Shown: piece after piece, positions 29,962-39,436 of the stretch
How the letters are laid out: the number at the start of each line of letters is the position of its first letter
How positions within the stretch are numbered: the first letter of the stretch is position 1
Origin: Anaerolineales bacterium
GTDB lineage: Bacteria > Chloroflexota > Anaerolineae > Anaerolineales > UBA11579
Reading direction: 5' to 3'
Length of the DNA: 64,000 nucleotides
Assembly (NCBI GenBank): GCA_040882365.1
Contig: JBBEBI010000028.1
Span: 34,511 to 98,510 of the forward strand
Translations under genes and position numbers: made by a program
The notes under the pieces: model-generated
The model's database searches: none
The model's input: the letters and a program-made list of their open reading frames with translations, nothing else
Told to the model about the DNA's origin: nothing

Positions 29962-30864
29962 ATGAAAGCCTCATTTCTTTTTCTTTGCTCCCTTGCCCTA
30001 ATCCTTTCCTCCTGCGCTGGCGCCACTGACCAGTCCGCGCTGCAGACCGCCGCGGCCGGCACGCTGAACGCAGAGGTGGCCACCGCCCAGGCTGCCAACC
30101 AGTCCGATGCGGCTTTGCAGACCGCGGAAGCTGAAAACGCTGCCCTGCAAGCCACCGTAAATGCCCAAGCCACCGCCAATGCTGAACTGCAGGCGGGTGG
30201 CACCGCCACCGCTGCGGCCCAGGCCACGTTGTCTGCAATTCCTCCTCAGGTTGTGCCGCCCGATGGCGCCGTTTGCCGTCTCGGGCCGGATGCGGGTTTC
30301 GGCAAAGTCACCGATCTGGCGCCTGGCCAACCGGTGCTGGCTTACGGCCGCGCCACGAATGGCGAATGGTGGCAAGTGGCTAACCCTGAGCATGATGGCG
30401 AAACTTGCTGGGTATTTTGGGAAGATGACTTCGATTTTCTCGGCGAGGTCTTCAATCTGCCCTTGGTGGCCGGGCCCACCCTGCCCACAGCAACCTTTGC
30501 GCCCACGCACGCACCCGGCATCGCAGTACGATACGTCGACAATCTCACATGCAGCGGAGTGCGCTACGCCATTGTGCGCGTGATCAACCTGGGTCCGGAG
30601 ACTTACCAATCCGCCATAGTCAAGCTCTCGAACGCCGCCGGAGATGAAATTCGGCGCTCGGACGGCAACAATGAATTCCTTCCCAGCTCCACAACCTGCC
30701 CCGGGGGAGAGGAACCTTCCCTTGATCCCGGCGAGGAGCGCTTCGTTGCCGTTTCTCTCCAGGGAGTTGCCTCCGGTGCCACGGTCAGCATCCGCGTCAC
30801 CGTGTGCACGGAAACGGGATATAGGGGAAATTGCTGGAGTTCCACCACTTCGTTCACAAACTAA
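29962..30864 (+). CDS. Lipoprotein with an Ala/Thr-rich linker, SH3-like domain and C-terminal beta domain
   Basis: Lipobox LSSC; CRLGP...YGR...WWQV...CWV SH3b-like pattern. Confidence 0.75.
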   Translation: MKASFLFLCSLALILSSCAGATDQSALQTAAAGTLNAEVATAQAANQSDAALQTAEAENAALQATVNAQATANAELQAGGTATAAAQATLSAIPPQVVPPDGAVCRLGPDAGFGKVTDLAPGQPVLAYGRATNGEWWQVANPEHDGETCWVFWEDDFDFLGEVFNLPLVAGPTLPTATFAPTHAPGIAVRYVDNLTCSGVRYAIVRVINLGPETYQSAIVKLSNAAGDEIRRSDGNNEFLPSSTTCPGGEEPSLDPGEERFVAVSLQGVASGATVSIRVTVCTETGYRGNCWSSTTSFTN

Positions 30865-30916
30865 GCGGATAACCCACTTCGCAACCCCCCGCGGCCGCGC
30901 GGGTTATCATCCCCGT

Positions 30917-32386
30917 ATGGATCGCCACATAGACCGGCGCGCAAAGATCGTTGCCACCCTTGGCCCCGCAAGCCAGGATGCCGGCACGCTCGATCGTCTC
31001 ATCGAAGCGGGCATGAACGTTGCGCGCCTCAATTTCTCCCATGGCACGCATTCCGAATACGGCGAGGTGGTCCAGCGTGTGCGTAGCGCCGCGGAGCGCG
31101 CTGGCAAACCGATCTGCATCCTGCAAGATCTGCAAGGCCCCAAGATCAGAGTGGGCAACCTGCCCGCGGGGAATATCGATTTGCGTCGCGGTGATATGGT
31201 TTCCCTGGTCACCCAAAACGCGGGCGCCAACGGCCAGCAGCATGTCCTCAATGGCGTGGATATCCCTGTTGACTTCGCTGAGTTACCGCGCTTTGTGCAC
31301 AAAGGCGGCCGCATCTTGCTGGATGATGGCAATCTGGAACTTGAAGCAACTTCCGTGAAGCAAGATGCCGTGCAAGCCACGGTAGTGCTGGGAGGCAATC
31401 TAAAATCGCACAAGGGGATCAACTTGCCCGGCACGGAAATCGACATTCCTGGCCTTACGCAAAAGGATGAGGAGGATCTAGCCCAGGGTCTGAAACTAGG
31501 CATTGACATCGTAGCCACCTCCTTCGTGCGCAAAGCGGAAGATGTGGCCCGCGTGCGTCAGGCCATTGCAGACCGCGCTCCCGACCGGCTGGAAACTCCC
31601 ATCATTGCCAAGCTCGAGCGCGCCGAAGCGCTCGAAAACCTGCACGAAATCGTGGATGTGGCTGATGGAGTTATGGTGGCGCGCGGAGACCTTGGAGTCG
31701 AACTGCCCCCCGAAGCCGTACCCATCGCCCAGAAGCAGATCATCGACGCAGCCAACCAGCAAGGCAAGTTGGTGATCACGGCCACCCAAATGCTGGATTC
31801 GATGATCCTCAATCCTCGCCCCACCCGCGCCGAAGCCTCGGATGTGGCCAACGCTATCTTCGACGGCACCGACGCGGTGATGCTTTCCGGGGAGACCGCC
31901 GTGGGCAAATATCCTGTAGAAACCGTGGCAATGATGGATGCTATTGTGCGCGAGGCGGAAAGCCATATCAAGCAATGGGGGCACTGGAAAGGCACCAGCA
32001 GCTCGGCGTCGCGCGACGACGCCGTTTCCATCACCCGCGCCGCCCGCGAGCTGGCCCAGGATGTGAACGTCGCGGCCATCGCGGTCTTTACCTCATCGGG
32101 CCGCACGGCGCGGCTCATGTCCAAGGCGATCCCGCGGGTACCGATATTCGGTCTCACGCCGGAGCCGCGGACATACAACCGTATGGCGCTATATTGGGGC
32201 GTCTATCCGATCCTGGTGGATCTATCCAATACAGTAGATGATATGCTGGCCAGTGTGGAGTCGACGCTATTGAGATTGCCAATGATGAAGCCGGGCCAGC
32301 AGGTGGTGCTAACCTCCGGATACCCGATTGGCGCCATGCGCCCACCCAACCTGGTGATGTTGTATACCCTCGGCCACCACCAATAG
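30917..32386 (+). CDS. pyk: Pyruvate kinase
   Basis: KIVATLGPAS, RLNFSHG, DLQGPKIR, MVARGDLGVE, ATQMLDSM, MLSGETA. Confidence 0.97.
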   Translation: MDRHIDRRAKIVATLGPASQDAGTLDRLIEAGMNVARLNFSHGTHSEYGEVVQRVRSAAERAGKPICILQDLQGPKIRVGNLPAGNIDLRRGDMVSLVTQNAGANGQQHVLNGVDIPVDFAELPRFVHKGGRILLDDGNLELEATSVKQDAVQATVVLGGNLKSHKGINLPGTEIDIPGLTQKDEEDLAQGLKLGIDIVATSFVRKAEDVARVRQAIADRAPDRLETPIIAKLERAEALENLHEIVDVADGVMVARGDLGVELPPEAVPIAQKQIIDAANQQGKLVITATQMLDSMILNPRPTRAEASDVANAIFDGTDAVMLSGETAVGKYPVETVAMMDAIVREAESHIKQWGHWKGTSSSASRDDAVSITRAARELAQDVNVAAIAVFTSSGRTARLMSKAIPRVPIFGLTPEPRTYNRMALYWGVYPILVDLSNTVDDMLASVESTLLRLPMMKPGQQVVLTSGYPIGAMRPPNLVMLYTLGHHQ

Positions 32387-32415
32387 AACGGGTACTTAAA
32401 ATGTACCCGTTTTTT
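32387..32415 (+). terminator. Intrinsic terminator after pyk
   Basis: AACGGGTAC...GTACCCGTTTTTT. Confidence 0.8.
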
Positions 32416-33532
32416 ATAAGCCGATCTTCTTGCGATTAACGGGAATGCCCGGTGACTTGACCCGCCTATCGAGCAATCCCGCATACCAAAGGACACCCAG
32501 GCCCAAAACTGTTGCGATCGCGCCTTGCAACAGCAGTGGCCCTCCGACCTGGTTCAATACTCCACCGGCCACTGCGCTGGCCAGAACGTTCATTGTCGTT
32601 GAGTCGCTGCCTATGGTTGAAGATAGTAGGCTCTCCAGGAAACTGAACGTGAACGCAAACACGGAAAGACCCAATGCAAGCGTCAGAAGGCCGGAAATCA
32701 TGATCGGCCACCCGGACCAGCGCAGGAAAGAAATGAAACCGTGGGCAGCCAGCGCAGCGGCCAGCAAACCAATCGCCAACACCGCCACCCAGCCCCAGGC
32801 CAATCCAAATCGCAAGCGGATCAGGCTCTCTCTCAATCGCACCAATTCCTCAGGAGCATCCTGACCCTGCGTAATCTGGCTCAAATCAAAGGTATCCGGG
32901 GTTCGGCTCACCATTTGGCCAAGTGCGCCGCCCACCTGGGTAATGATTTCGGTATAAACGGGTTCTTCCGGCCGGCACGCCGGGATGGCCCCCATGGCTG
33001 CAACCCCCGCGGCTCCGCTGATGAAGGTTGAGGCTGCATCTGCGCTGCAAGCCGGCAGAGCATCGAGAATCACGACCATAACCTGGCTTGCCTTATCTGC
33101 CGCGTTGGCTTTGAGGCCGGTTAGATCCAAGTGCAAATCCGGGAAGGCCGCATCGGCATCGTTGAGCCAAGCCGAAAAAGCTTCCACCATTACATCCACC
33201 GTTTGAGCCACCAATTCCTCGGGAGCTACGATCTCAGTGATTTGGCGCCAGTCTTCCTCGGTAAGTTGGCCCAGTACGGCGGAAAGGTCAATGTCTTCGC
33301 CCTCCCCGCCCTCGCCGGCGGCGTTCTCGGAGGAGATTATTTGCTCGGCACTGCCACGCGCCAGGCTGGCGGCAAGCTCCGAGCCCATCAGGCTTTCGCG
33401 GGCCAGCGCCTTGGTGGTTTCAGCGTCGAAGAGCACATTGCCCACATTTCGCAACACCAAGCTGAGGGGAAGGGCGACCACGAATAGAATGAGGATTGGC
33501 ACCACGATAATACGTAGCAGGGTTTTCAACAT
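32414..33532 (-). CDS. Hypothetical membrane protein
   Basis: N-terminal TM, a helical extracytoplasmic region with two Cys, three C-terminal TMs. Confidence 0.75.
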   Translation of the reverse strand: MLKTLLRIIVVPILILFVVALPLSLVLRNVGNVLFDAETTKALARESLMGSELAASLARGSAEQIISSENAAGEGGEGEDIDLSAVLGQLTEEDWRQITEIVAPEELVAQTVDVMVEAFSAWLNDADAAFPDLHLDLTGLKANAADKASQVMVVILDALPACSADAASTFISGAAGVAAMGAIPACRPEEPVYTEIITQVGGALGQMVSRTPDTFDLSQITQGQDAPEELVRLRESLIRLRFGLAWGWVAVLAIGLLAAALAAHGFISFLRWSGWPIMISGLLTLALGLSVFAFTFSFLESLLSSTIGSDSTTMNVLASAVAGGVLNQVGGPLLLQGAIATVLGLGVLWYAGLLDRRVKSPGIPVNRKKIGL

Positions 33533-33619
33533 TTCAATAGGATCCTAGAGGGGATGAAGAAGATTCTATCCGTTTACAGGCTCATGTACAACTCGGCAAG
33601 ATTAGAGGTTTAGATCCAT

Positions 33620-33644
33620 AAAAAAGGCCCCTCAGGGCCTTTTT
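33620..33644 (-). terminator. Intrinsic terminator after the oxidoreductase operon
   Basis: AAAAAGGCCC-CTCA-GGGCCTTTTT. Confidence 0.8.
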
Positions 33645-33652
33645 GGGATTGC

Positions 33653-34729
33653 CTAGAACATCATGGCGTTGGCTCTTTCGATCATACCCTTCGGCGGGCG
33701 CAGCTCTGTTTCGGTCATCCTATTCAAGGCTTGAGCCTTAGGCAGTTCAAAGAGGTCCGCCAATGAAGGCCTTTGCGGCTCTACGTAGATCAGCCCGGTT
33801 AGCAGAACGTCTTCACTCTGCGATTCTTCGATCAGGCGCATAGCCGCGGCGCGATCGGTCGGGTCATAGTCCCGATCCAGCTTCTTGAGCACGATCGTCG
33901 AGCCGTCGTGCAATTGGACGGTGCGCGTGGTGCCTTGGGGGAACTCACCGATCTGTATCTCCTGCTCGCGGGGAACAAAAGTGAAATCGTGAAGCGGCTC
34001 TTCATGCTCGCGGCCCCAACTGTAGGAGTGGCGGGCGTCGTCCTGATTATTGAAGGTTACGCAGGGGCTGATGATGTCCAGGATGGCCAGGCCATTGTGG
34101 CTGAGTGCCGCCTTGATCAGCGCCTTAACCTGATTGGCATCGCCCGCAAAGGAACGAGCCACGAAGGTTGCCCCGGAGGCCATGGCCTCTTGCACGATAT
34201 CCACGGCGGGATATGGGTTCGTCCCTTGGTATTTCAAGCGCAGCCCGGTTTCCGCGGTGGCGGAAAATTGCCCTTTGGTTAACCCATACACGCCATTGTT
34301 TTCGACGATGTAGACCATGGGTACGTTGCGGCGCATAATGTGCTTAAACTGCCCCATGCCAATGTTGGTGGTATCCCCATCACCGCTCACCGCGATCGAC
34401 TTCAGGCGGCGGTCGCCGAACATGGCGCCGGTGGCGATCGAGGGCATACGGCCGTGCAGGCTATTAAAGCCGAAACTGCGGTTCAGGAAATAGGCCGGGC
34501 TCTTGCTGGAGCAGCCGATGCCGGAGAGCTTGATCACATCCTCAGGCACCAGGTTGAGTTCAAAGGCGGCGGCGATGATCTGGTTGGAGACCGAGTTATG
34601 CCCACAACCCGCGCACAGCGTAGTCGCCGCGCCTCGGTAATCGTTCTTGGACAGGCCCACCAGGTTCAATTGCACATTAGCCCCGGTTGGCGCTGGGGTT
34701 TTCCCGTTAGTGTGTCCGTTCTCACTCAT
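33653..34729 (-). CDS. 2-oxoacid:ferredoxin oxidoreductase beta subunit
   Basis: LCAGCGH, SGIGCSS, HGR, GDGD TPP motif, NNGVYGLTKGQ, SPCVTFN. Confidence 0.95.
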   Translation of the reverse strand: MSENGHTNGKTPAPTGANVQLNLVGLSKNDYRGAATTLCAGCGHNSVSNQIIAAAFELNLVPEDVIKLSGIGCSSKSPAYFLNRSFGFNSLHGRMPSIATGAMFGDRRLKSIAVSGDGDTTNIGMGQFKHIMRRNVPMVYIVENNGVYGLTKGQFSATAETGLRLKYQGTNPYPAVDIVQEAMASGATFVARSFAGDANQVKALIKAALSHNGLAILDIISPCVTFNNQDDARHSYSWGREHEEPLHDFTFVPREQEIQIGEFPQGTTRTVQLHDGSTIVLKKLDRDYDPTDRAAAMRLIEESQSEDVLLTGLIYVEPQRPSLADLFELPKAQALNRMTETELRPPKGMIERANAMMF

Positions 34730-36560
34730 GGTTCTGCTCCTCGGCTTGGATCGCCTGTTTCACCCAGCGGGCATTCAGGGGCAAGCCATCGTGCTTGGGG
34801 ATGGAATGTAATTTGGCAGTCAGCTGGGGATACTCCAATTGCAGTAATTTGTGCATTTGCCCGTCGCGGTTCATTTCCACCACATAGATTTTCTTATGGC
34901 CAGCAATGAATTCGCGCACCTGGGACGTAAAGGGCACCGCGCGCAAACGCAGATAGTCCGTCTTCAATCCGTCCTCGGCCAAATAATCGCGGGCCTCCAA
35001 GATCGCCGGATCCGCGGATCCGTAGGCAATGATGCCGACTTCGGCATCATCCCCCGAGGTTACTTCGGGGGCAGGCACGAATTGCTGCGCCGTGGTGAAT
35101 TTATTCTTCAGGCGCAGCATATTCTTTTCCCAATCCCCTGCCTGCTCGCTGTATTTGGCCTCCTCATTGTGGCCGGTACCGCGGGCAAACCAAGCACTGC
35201 GCGGGTTTTTGTTACCGGGCACCGTTCGCCAGGTGATGCCGTCGCTGTCCACATCCTTGTAACGTCCCCACCCGTTCGTAAGTTTCTCCAGGTCCTCCTC
35301 CCATAGGATCTTGCCTCGATCCATAGGGGTTTCCGGATATTGGAAGGGCTTGGTCATCCACTGGTTCATGCCCAGGTCCAGATCGCTCATCACAAACACA
35401 GGGGTCTGCATGCGTTCGGCAACGTCGAATGCTCGCCAGCCAAACTCAAAACATTCTTGGGCTGACCCGGGAAGCAGGAGGATATGCTGCGTGTCACCAT
35501 GGCCAAGGAAATGCGTGGACAGGATATCGCCCTGGGAGGTGCGGGTGGGCAGCCCGGTGCTGGGCCCCACGCGTTGGACGTCCCAGATCACCACGGGAAC
35601 CTCGGCATAGTAGGCCAAGCCAGCGAACTCCGTCATCAGACTGATGCCGGGGCCAGAGGTTGAGGTCATAGAGCGCAACCCGGACCAGCCAGCGCCGATG
35701 GCCATGCCAATGGCGGCCAGCTCATCCTCGGCCTGCACGATAGCGTAGGTCTTGCCTTGCTGGCCCTCCTTATCGCGAAAAGTGCCGATATTCTGCGCCA
35801 ATGATTCCGCCAAACTTGAAGCGGGCGTGATGGGATACCAGGCTGCAAATTGCACCCCGCCGAAGATCGCCCCCAGCGCGGCGGCTGTGTTCCCATCGGC
35901 CATGACATAGCCGGCGGTCTTGTCCATAGGTTCGACACGATAGGGATCCGTCTTTGTCAGATTGGCCGCAGCCCAGGAATGCGCGGCTTGGATGACGCCT
36001 ATGTTGGTGGCGACGGGTTTTTCTTTTCCATCGAAGTGATATTCCAAAGCCTCGCGTATCTTCTGCATGTCAATGTCCAGCATTTTTGCCAGCACGCCGA
36101 CATAGGCCATATTGGCCACGTAATCCCGCAGATTAGCAGACGCCGAAGACTCTTTGGCCAGCTGCTTAGCCGGGAAACTATAGACGGAGATGTCGTCGCG
36201 GTTGACCTCAAATTTCAAGTGGTCGCCATAATAGAAGGCCCCGCCCGGCACCACGCTGGCCAGATCCTGGACAAAGGTGTCGGCGTTCATTGCCACTACG
36301 ATCTCTTGCGTGTTGCGCCGCGCCAAGTAGCCTTGCTTGCTAATACGGATGGTGTACCAAGTGGGCAGACCCTGGATATTGGAAGGAAATAAGTTCTTTC
36401 CGGATACCGGGATGCCCATTTTGAACAGGGCGCGCAGCAAAGTCAGATTCGAAGTCTGGCTGCCCGAGCCGTTCATGGTGGCCACGGTCATGGCAAAATC
36501 GTTGACGGCCTCGCCCCCTTCCTTGGTTTTCGCTGCTTCTATCACTTGCGGTGTTGTCAT
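34722..36560 (-). CDS. 2-oxoacid:ferredoxin oxidoreductase alpha (gamma-alpha fused) subunit
   Basis: YPITPAS, QAEDELAA, TSGPG, QRVGPSTGLPT, EMNRDGQ. Confidence 0.95.
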   Translation of the reverse strand: MTTPQVIEAAKTKEGGEAVNDFAMTVATMNGSGSQTSNLTLLRALFKMGIPVSGKNLFPSNIQGLPTWYTIRISKQGYLARRNTQEIVVAMNADTFVQDLASVVPGGAFYYGDHLKFEVNRDDISVYSFPAKQLAKESSASANLRDYVANMAYVGVLAKMLDIDMQKIREALEYHFDGKEKPVATNIGVIQAAHSWAAANLTKTDPYRVEPMDKTAGYVMADGNTAAALGAIFGGVQFAAWYPITPASSLAESLAQNIGTFRDKEGQQGKTYAIVQAEDELAAIGMAIGAGWSGLRSMTSTSGPGISLMTEFAGLAYYAEVPVVIWDVQRVGPSTGLPTRTSQGDILSTHFLGHGDTQHILLLPGSAQECFEFGWRAFDVAERMQTPVFVMSDLDLGMNQWMTKPFQYPETPMDRGKILWEEDLEKLTNGWGRYKDVDSDGITWRTVPGNKNPRSAWFARGTGHNEEAKYSEQAGDWEKNMLRLKNKFTTAQQFVPAPEVTSGDDAEVGIIAYGSADPAILEARDYLAEDGLKTDYLRLRAVPFTSQVREFIAGHKKIYVVEMNRDGQMHKLLQLEYPQLTAKLHSIPKHDGLPLNARWVKQAIQAEEQNHE

Positions 36561-37219
36561 TCTGGCCTCTTGTCAATGAGTTCAAAGTGCTCGTTGAGCA
36601 CTTGATGTCCGCTGGCAAAATCACCTTCCTCGATAGCCTTCACGATGCGGCGATGCATATCCCAAACCTGCTCCAAATACTTAAGTCCCGCATATCGGCT
36701 CAGCCCCACCGCTTCGTATGCTGACCAATAGGCCTCAAGCAAACCGAGCACGAATGGATTTCCCAGGTGGCGAAAGATAGTGAGATGCAGCTCGCGATGC
36801 TCCGCGTGCGGCACGCGCACGGGGGGGCCGTGCAGCATTTCGTCCGCCCGCTCCACCAACTCGCGCAAATGGGCAACATCTTCCCGGGTCAGCTTCTCTA
36901 CCGCTTCGAACCAGTAGGCCCGCTCCAGATGGCGGCGTACATCGGCGAACTGGTCAAAGCTATGTCTGTCTCGCGCCATGGCATAGGAGAGGCTTTCACG
37001 CACAGCCGGGGCGAAGGAATACGGCAGGCGGCGGATGCCGGTGCGCGGGCGCACCTCCACCAACCCTAGGGCACGGGCTACCTGCAACTGCTCGCGTAGC
37101 ACAGAAATGCTGACGCCATGCTGGGCACTTAGGGCTTCTAGCGAGGGCAACTGATCGCCGTGACCGTTGCCAGTCGCCAGATAGGCGAGGAAATCGAAGG
37201 AAGTGGCGTTTTTTAGCAT
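36557..37219 (-). CDS. GntR/FadR-family regulator (FCD domain)
   Basis: LPSLEALS..GVSISVLRE wHTH; HRELH...NP and MHRRI FCD motifs; ATGA overlap with the alpha gene. Confidence 0.88.
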   Translation of the reverse strand: MLKNATSFDFLAYLATGNGHGDQLPSLEALSAQHGVSISVLREQLQVARALGLVEVRPRTGIRRLPYSFAPAVRESLSYAMARDRHSFDQFADVRRHLERAYWFEAVEKLTREDVAHLRELVERADEMLHGPPVRVPHAEHRELHLTIFRHLGNPFVLGLLEAYWSAYEAVGLSRYAGLKYLEQVWDMHRRIVKAIEEGDFASGHQVLNEHFELIDKRPE

Positions 37220-37249
37220 AATTCCTCTGACGAATGCAATTAGTTGCAT

Positions 37250-37297
37250 TAATCAGATTATTGACCGCATTGTACCGCCTGGCGGTAAATGCGTCAA
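37250..37297 (-). promoter_or_regulatory. Promoter and candidate GntR operator
   Basis: TTGACG (37297-37292), 17 bp, TACAAT (37274-37269); palindrome TAATC-A-GATTA at 37250-37260 just after the predicted start site. Confidence 0.65.
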
Positions 37298-37331
37298 GAG
37301 ACCAGATGCAAAAACAAAGATGGAAGTTAAC

Positions 37332-37699
37332 TTATTTGGCCTGAAACAATTCGATTGGATTGCCAGACGGGTCTTCGATCAGCACCTGCTGCTCACCTGG
37401 CCATTGATGGTGTCGTTGCGAAAAACAAGGCCAGCTGCCTTTAGCCGCACTGTCAATGCAGCCAAGTCCTCGACCTCGAGAACCAGCCGGTTCCAGCCGC
37501 CCGGCGCGGGCTGGCGGCCCGTCCGGCATCGGCCGCGAAGCAGAAGCCTGCGGCCCCCGGCCAGCCACAGCGAGAGATCGCCATGGGCGACAATCGCCAT
37601 GGCGGCGCCATATTGCTCAACCTTGTCAAAGCCGAGCTGCTTCGTGTAGAACTCAATACTCTTGTCTACGTCAGTGACGATATAGCGAATGGTGGCCAT
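37332..37699 (-). pseudogene. VOC/glyoxalase gene with three frameshifts
   Basis: The conserved sequence LWLAG/GPQASASRPMPDG/RQPAPGGWNR...NG/PGEQQVLIEDPSGNPIELF alternates between two frames. Confidence 0.8.
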
Positions 37700-37701
37700 A
37701 G

Positions 37702-38396
37702 TTAAGAAAACATTTCCTCGATAACCCGATCGACGTGAATTTTCGTAGTATCAAAAAAGTCACTCCTCCTAAGCCAGCATCCGGCAAAATTAATGGAAGT
37801 TCCGTTCCCGCAAGGATCAGCCCATCTATACGATCCTCTTTGGCCAACCGGCTAACTATAGTTAGCAGTCCTGCACGGGTTTCGGGGATAAAGACGCCTT
37901 GAACAAGCTCATTCAGATATTTATCGTGAATGTAATCTTGTTCTCCGACTCTCGGTTGCACCACTGTAATACCTTCCTTTTCAAATACATCACGATAGAA
38001 ACGGCCTTGCATTGTGAACCGAATTCCAAAAATACCCACATGCTTCAAGCCAAGGTCCTTGGCAACCTTTCGGGTTTCCTCAACAATACTTATTAATGGT
38101 ATTGGCGATTTCGCAGTCAGCGCATCAAAGACAATATGGGGTGTGTTCGCGGCCAGTAAGCTAAAATCAGCTCCTGCGCTGGCTAGTTTCTTAATCTCAT
38201 CTAAAAGGTATTCAGCGAGGTGGTCGAGTTGATTCGCGCCAACCAAATCCAATAATTTCTTGAGATCAATGCTATTGATAATGAGATGGGGGTAACTTCC
38301 GTCTTGTGTTCGCCCCCGGTACGCCGAAACAATCCGGCGATAATAGTCTATGGTGGACTCAGGACCCGTCCCTCCGATAATTCCTAGTGTCCGCAT
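37702..38396 (-). pseudogene. Aspartate/glutamate racemase family, frameshifted near the C-terminus
   Basis: GIIGGTGPESTIDYY, AANTPH, LAGTELP. The expected tail DTTKIHVDRVIEEMFS* continues in another frame after a T6 run near 37755. Confidence 0.8.
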
Positions 38397-38480
38397 TCAA
38401 AAACCCTAATCAGGTGTGTTTTTTAGAATTCGCGCTAGTCGTTATTCTCGGACTCGGTGGCATACAACAAGGCAGATTTG

Positions 38481-39434
38481 TCAGTCGTTTGTTTTCGGCT
38501 TTTTGGCTTCCGCCTTACCGCAGTCGCAGCCGCCATTCTCGTGGCGGTCGCAGGGGGACTCGGACTTGCGGCGCAGCGCCTCCAGCTCATCCCAGGGTTC
38601 CACTTCATGCTTCAAGAATTCGGCGCGCTTACCTTCAGCCAAGCTTACGATTATCGCCTGCTTCATCGGCACCACGTCGATCACTTTACCTCTCCCCAGC
38701 GGCGTGACCACATCCTTGCCGCGTTTGGGCAGCGTCTTGCGCGCTTCCACGTATTGCTCGTACTCATAGATCAAACAGCAACGCAGCCGGCCGCACATGC
38801 CGGTGATCTCCTGCGGGTCCAGCGAAATGCCCTGCGCCTTGGCCATTTTTATCGAGATGGGGCTGAATTCGGTAAGGAACATGGAGCAGCAGCGCGTCTC
38901 CAAGCCGCAGGCGCCCATGCCGCCCAGGATCTTGGCCACGTCGCGCGGCCCCACTCTGCGCATTTCCACTTTGGATTTGCCGTAGGTGGTTTGCATTTCC
39001 TTACGCAGATTTTCCAGATTGATTTCTTCGTCACCCTCGGTGTTATACAAAAAGGTAAGCGAGGTGCCGTCGAAAGTAAATTCCGCCTTGACGATCTTGA
39101 CCCCTTTGTGATTAAGCTTGGAAGCTGTGGCACGACATTCGATCATCGCTTCAACTTCCTTTTTCTGCCACCCCTTCAACTTTTCGAGGTCAACCTCAGT
39201 TGCTTTGCGCTCAATGGCTTTCCAGCTGCCTTGCGGCGGCTGCGCCGGTTTATCCAATCGCTGCACTACCTGGCCGATCTGCACGCCACGGCTAGTTTCC
39301 ACAACTGCGTAATCGCCCGGTTTCAGATCGGGGACCTTGGTAGCATCGAAATGATACAGTTTACCGACTTTTTGGAAACGCACACCCACGATCTGTGGCG
39401 AAACAGTCTCGGCTGCTTGGGGAGCTTCACTCAT
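38481..39434 (-). CDS. PSP1-domain protein (RicT/YaaT-like)
   Basis: VGVRF..GKLYHF, GACGLETRCC, SIKMAKAQ, GMCGRLRCCLIYE; extra C-terminal Cys cluster. Confidence 0.9.
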   Translation of the reverse strand: MSEAPQAAETVSPQIVGVRFQKVGKLYHFDATKVPDLKPGDYAVVETSRGVQIGQVVQRLDKPAQPPQGSWKAIERKATEVDLEKLKGWQKKEVEAMIECRATASKLNHKGVKIVKAEFTFDGTSLTFLYNTEGDEEINLENLRKEMQTTYGKSKVEMRRVGPRDVAKILGGMGACGLETRCCSMFLTEFSPISIKMAKAQGISLDPQEITGMCGRLRCCLIYEYEQYVEARKTLPKRGKDVVTPLGRGKVIDVVPMKQAIIVSLAEGKRAEFLKHEVEPWDELEALRRKSESPCDRHENGGCDCGKAEAKKPKTND

Positions 39435-39436
39435 AT

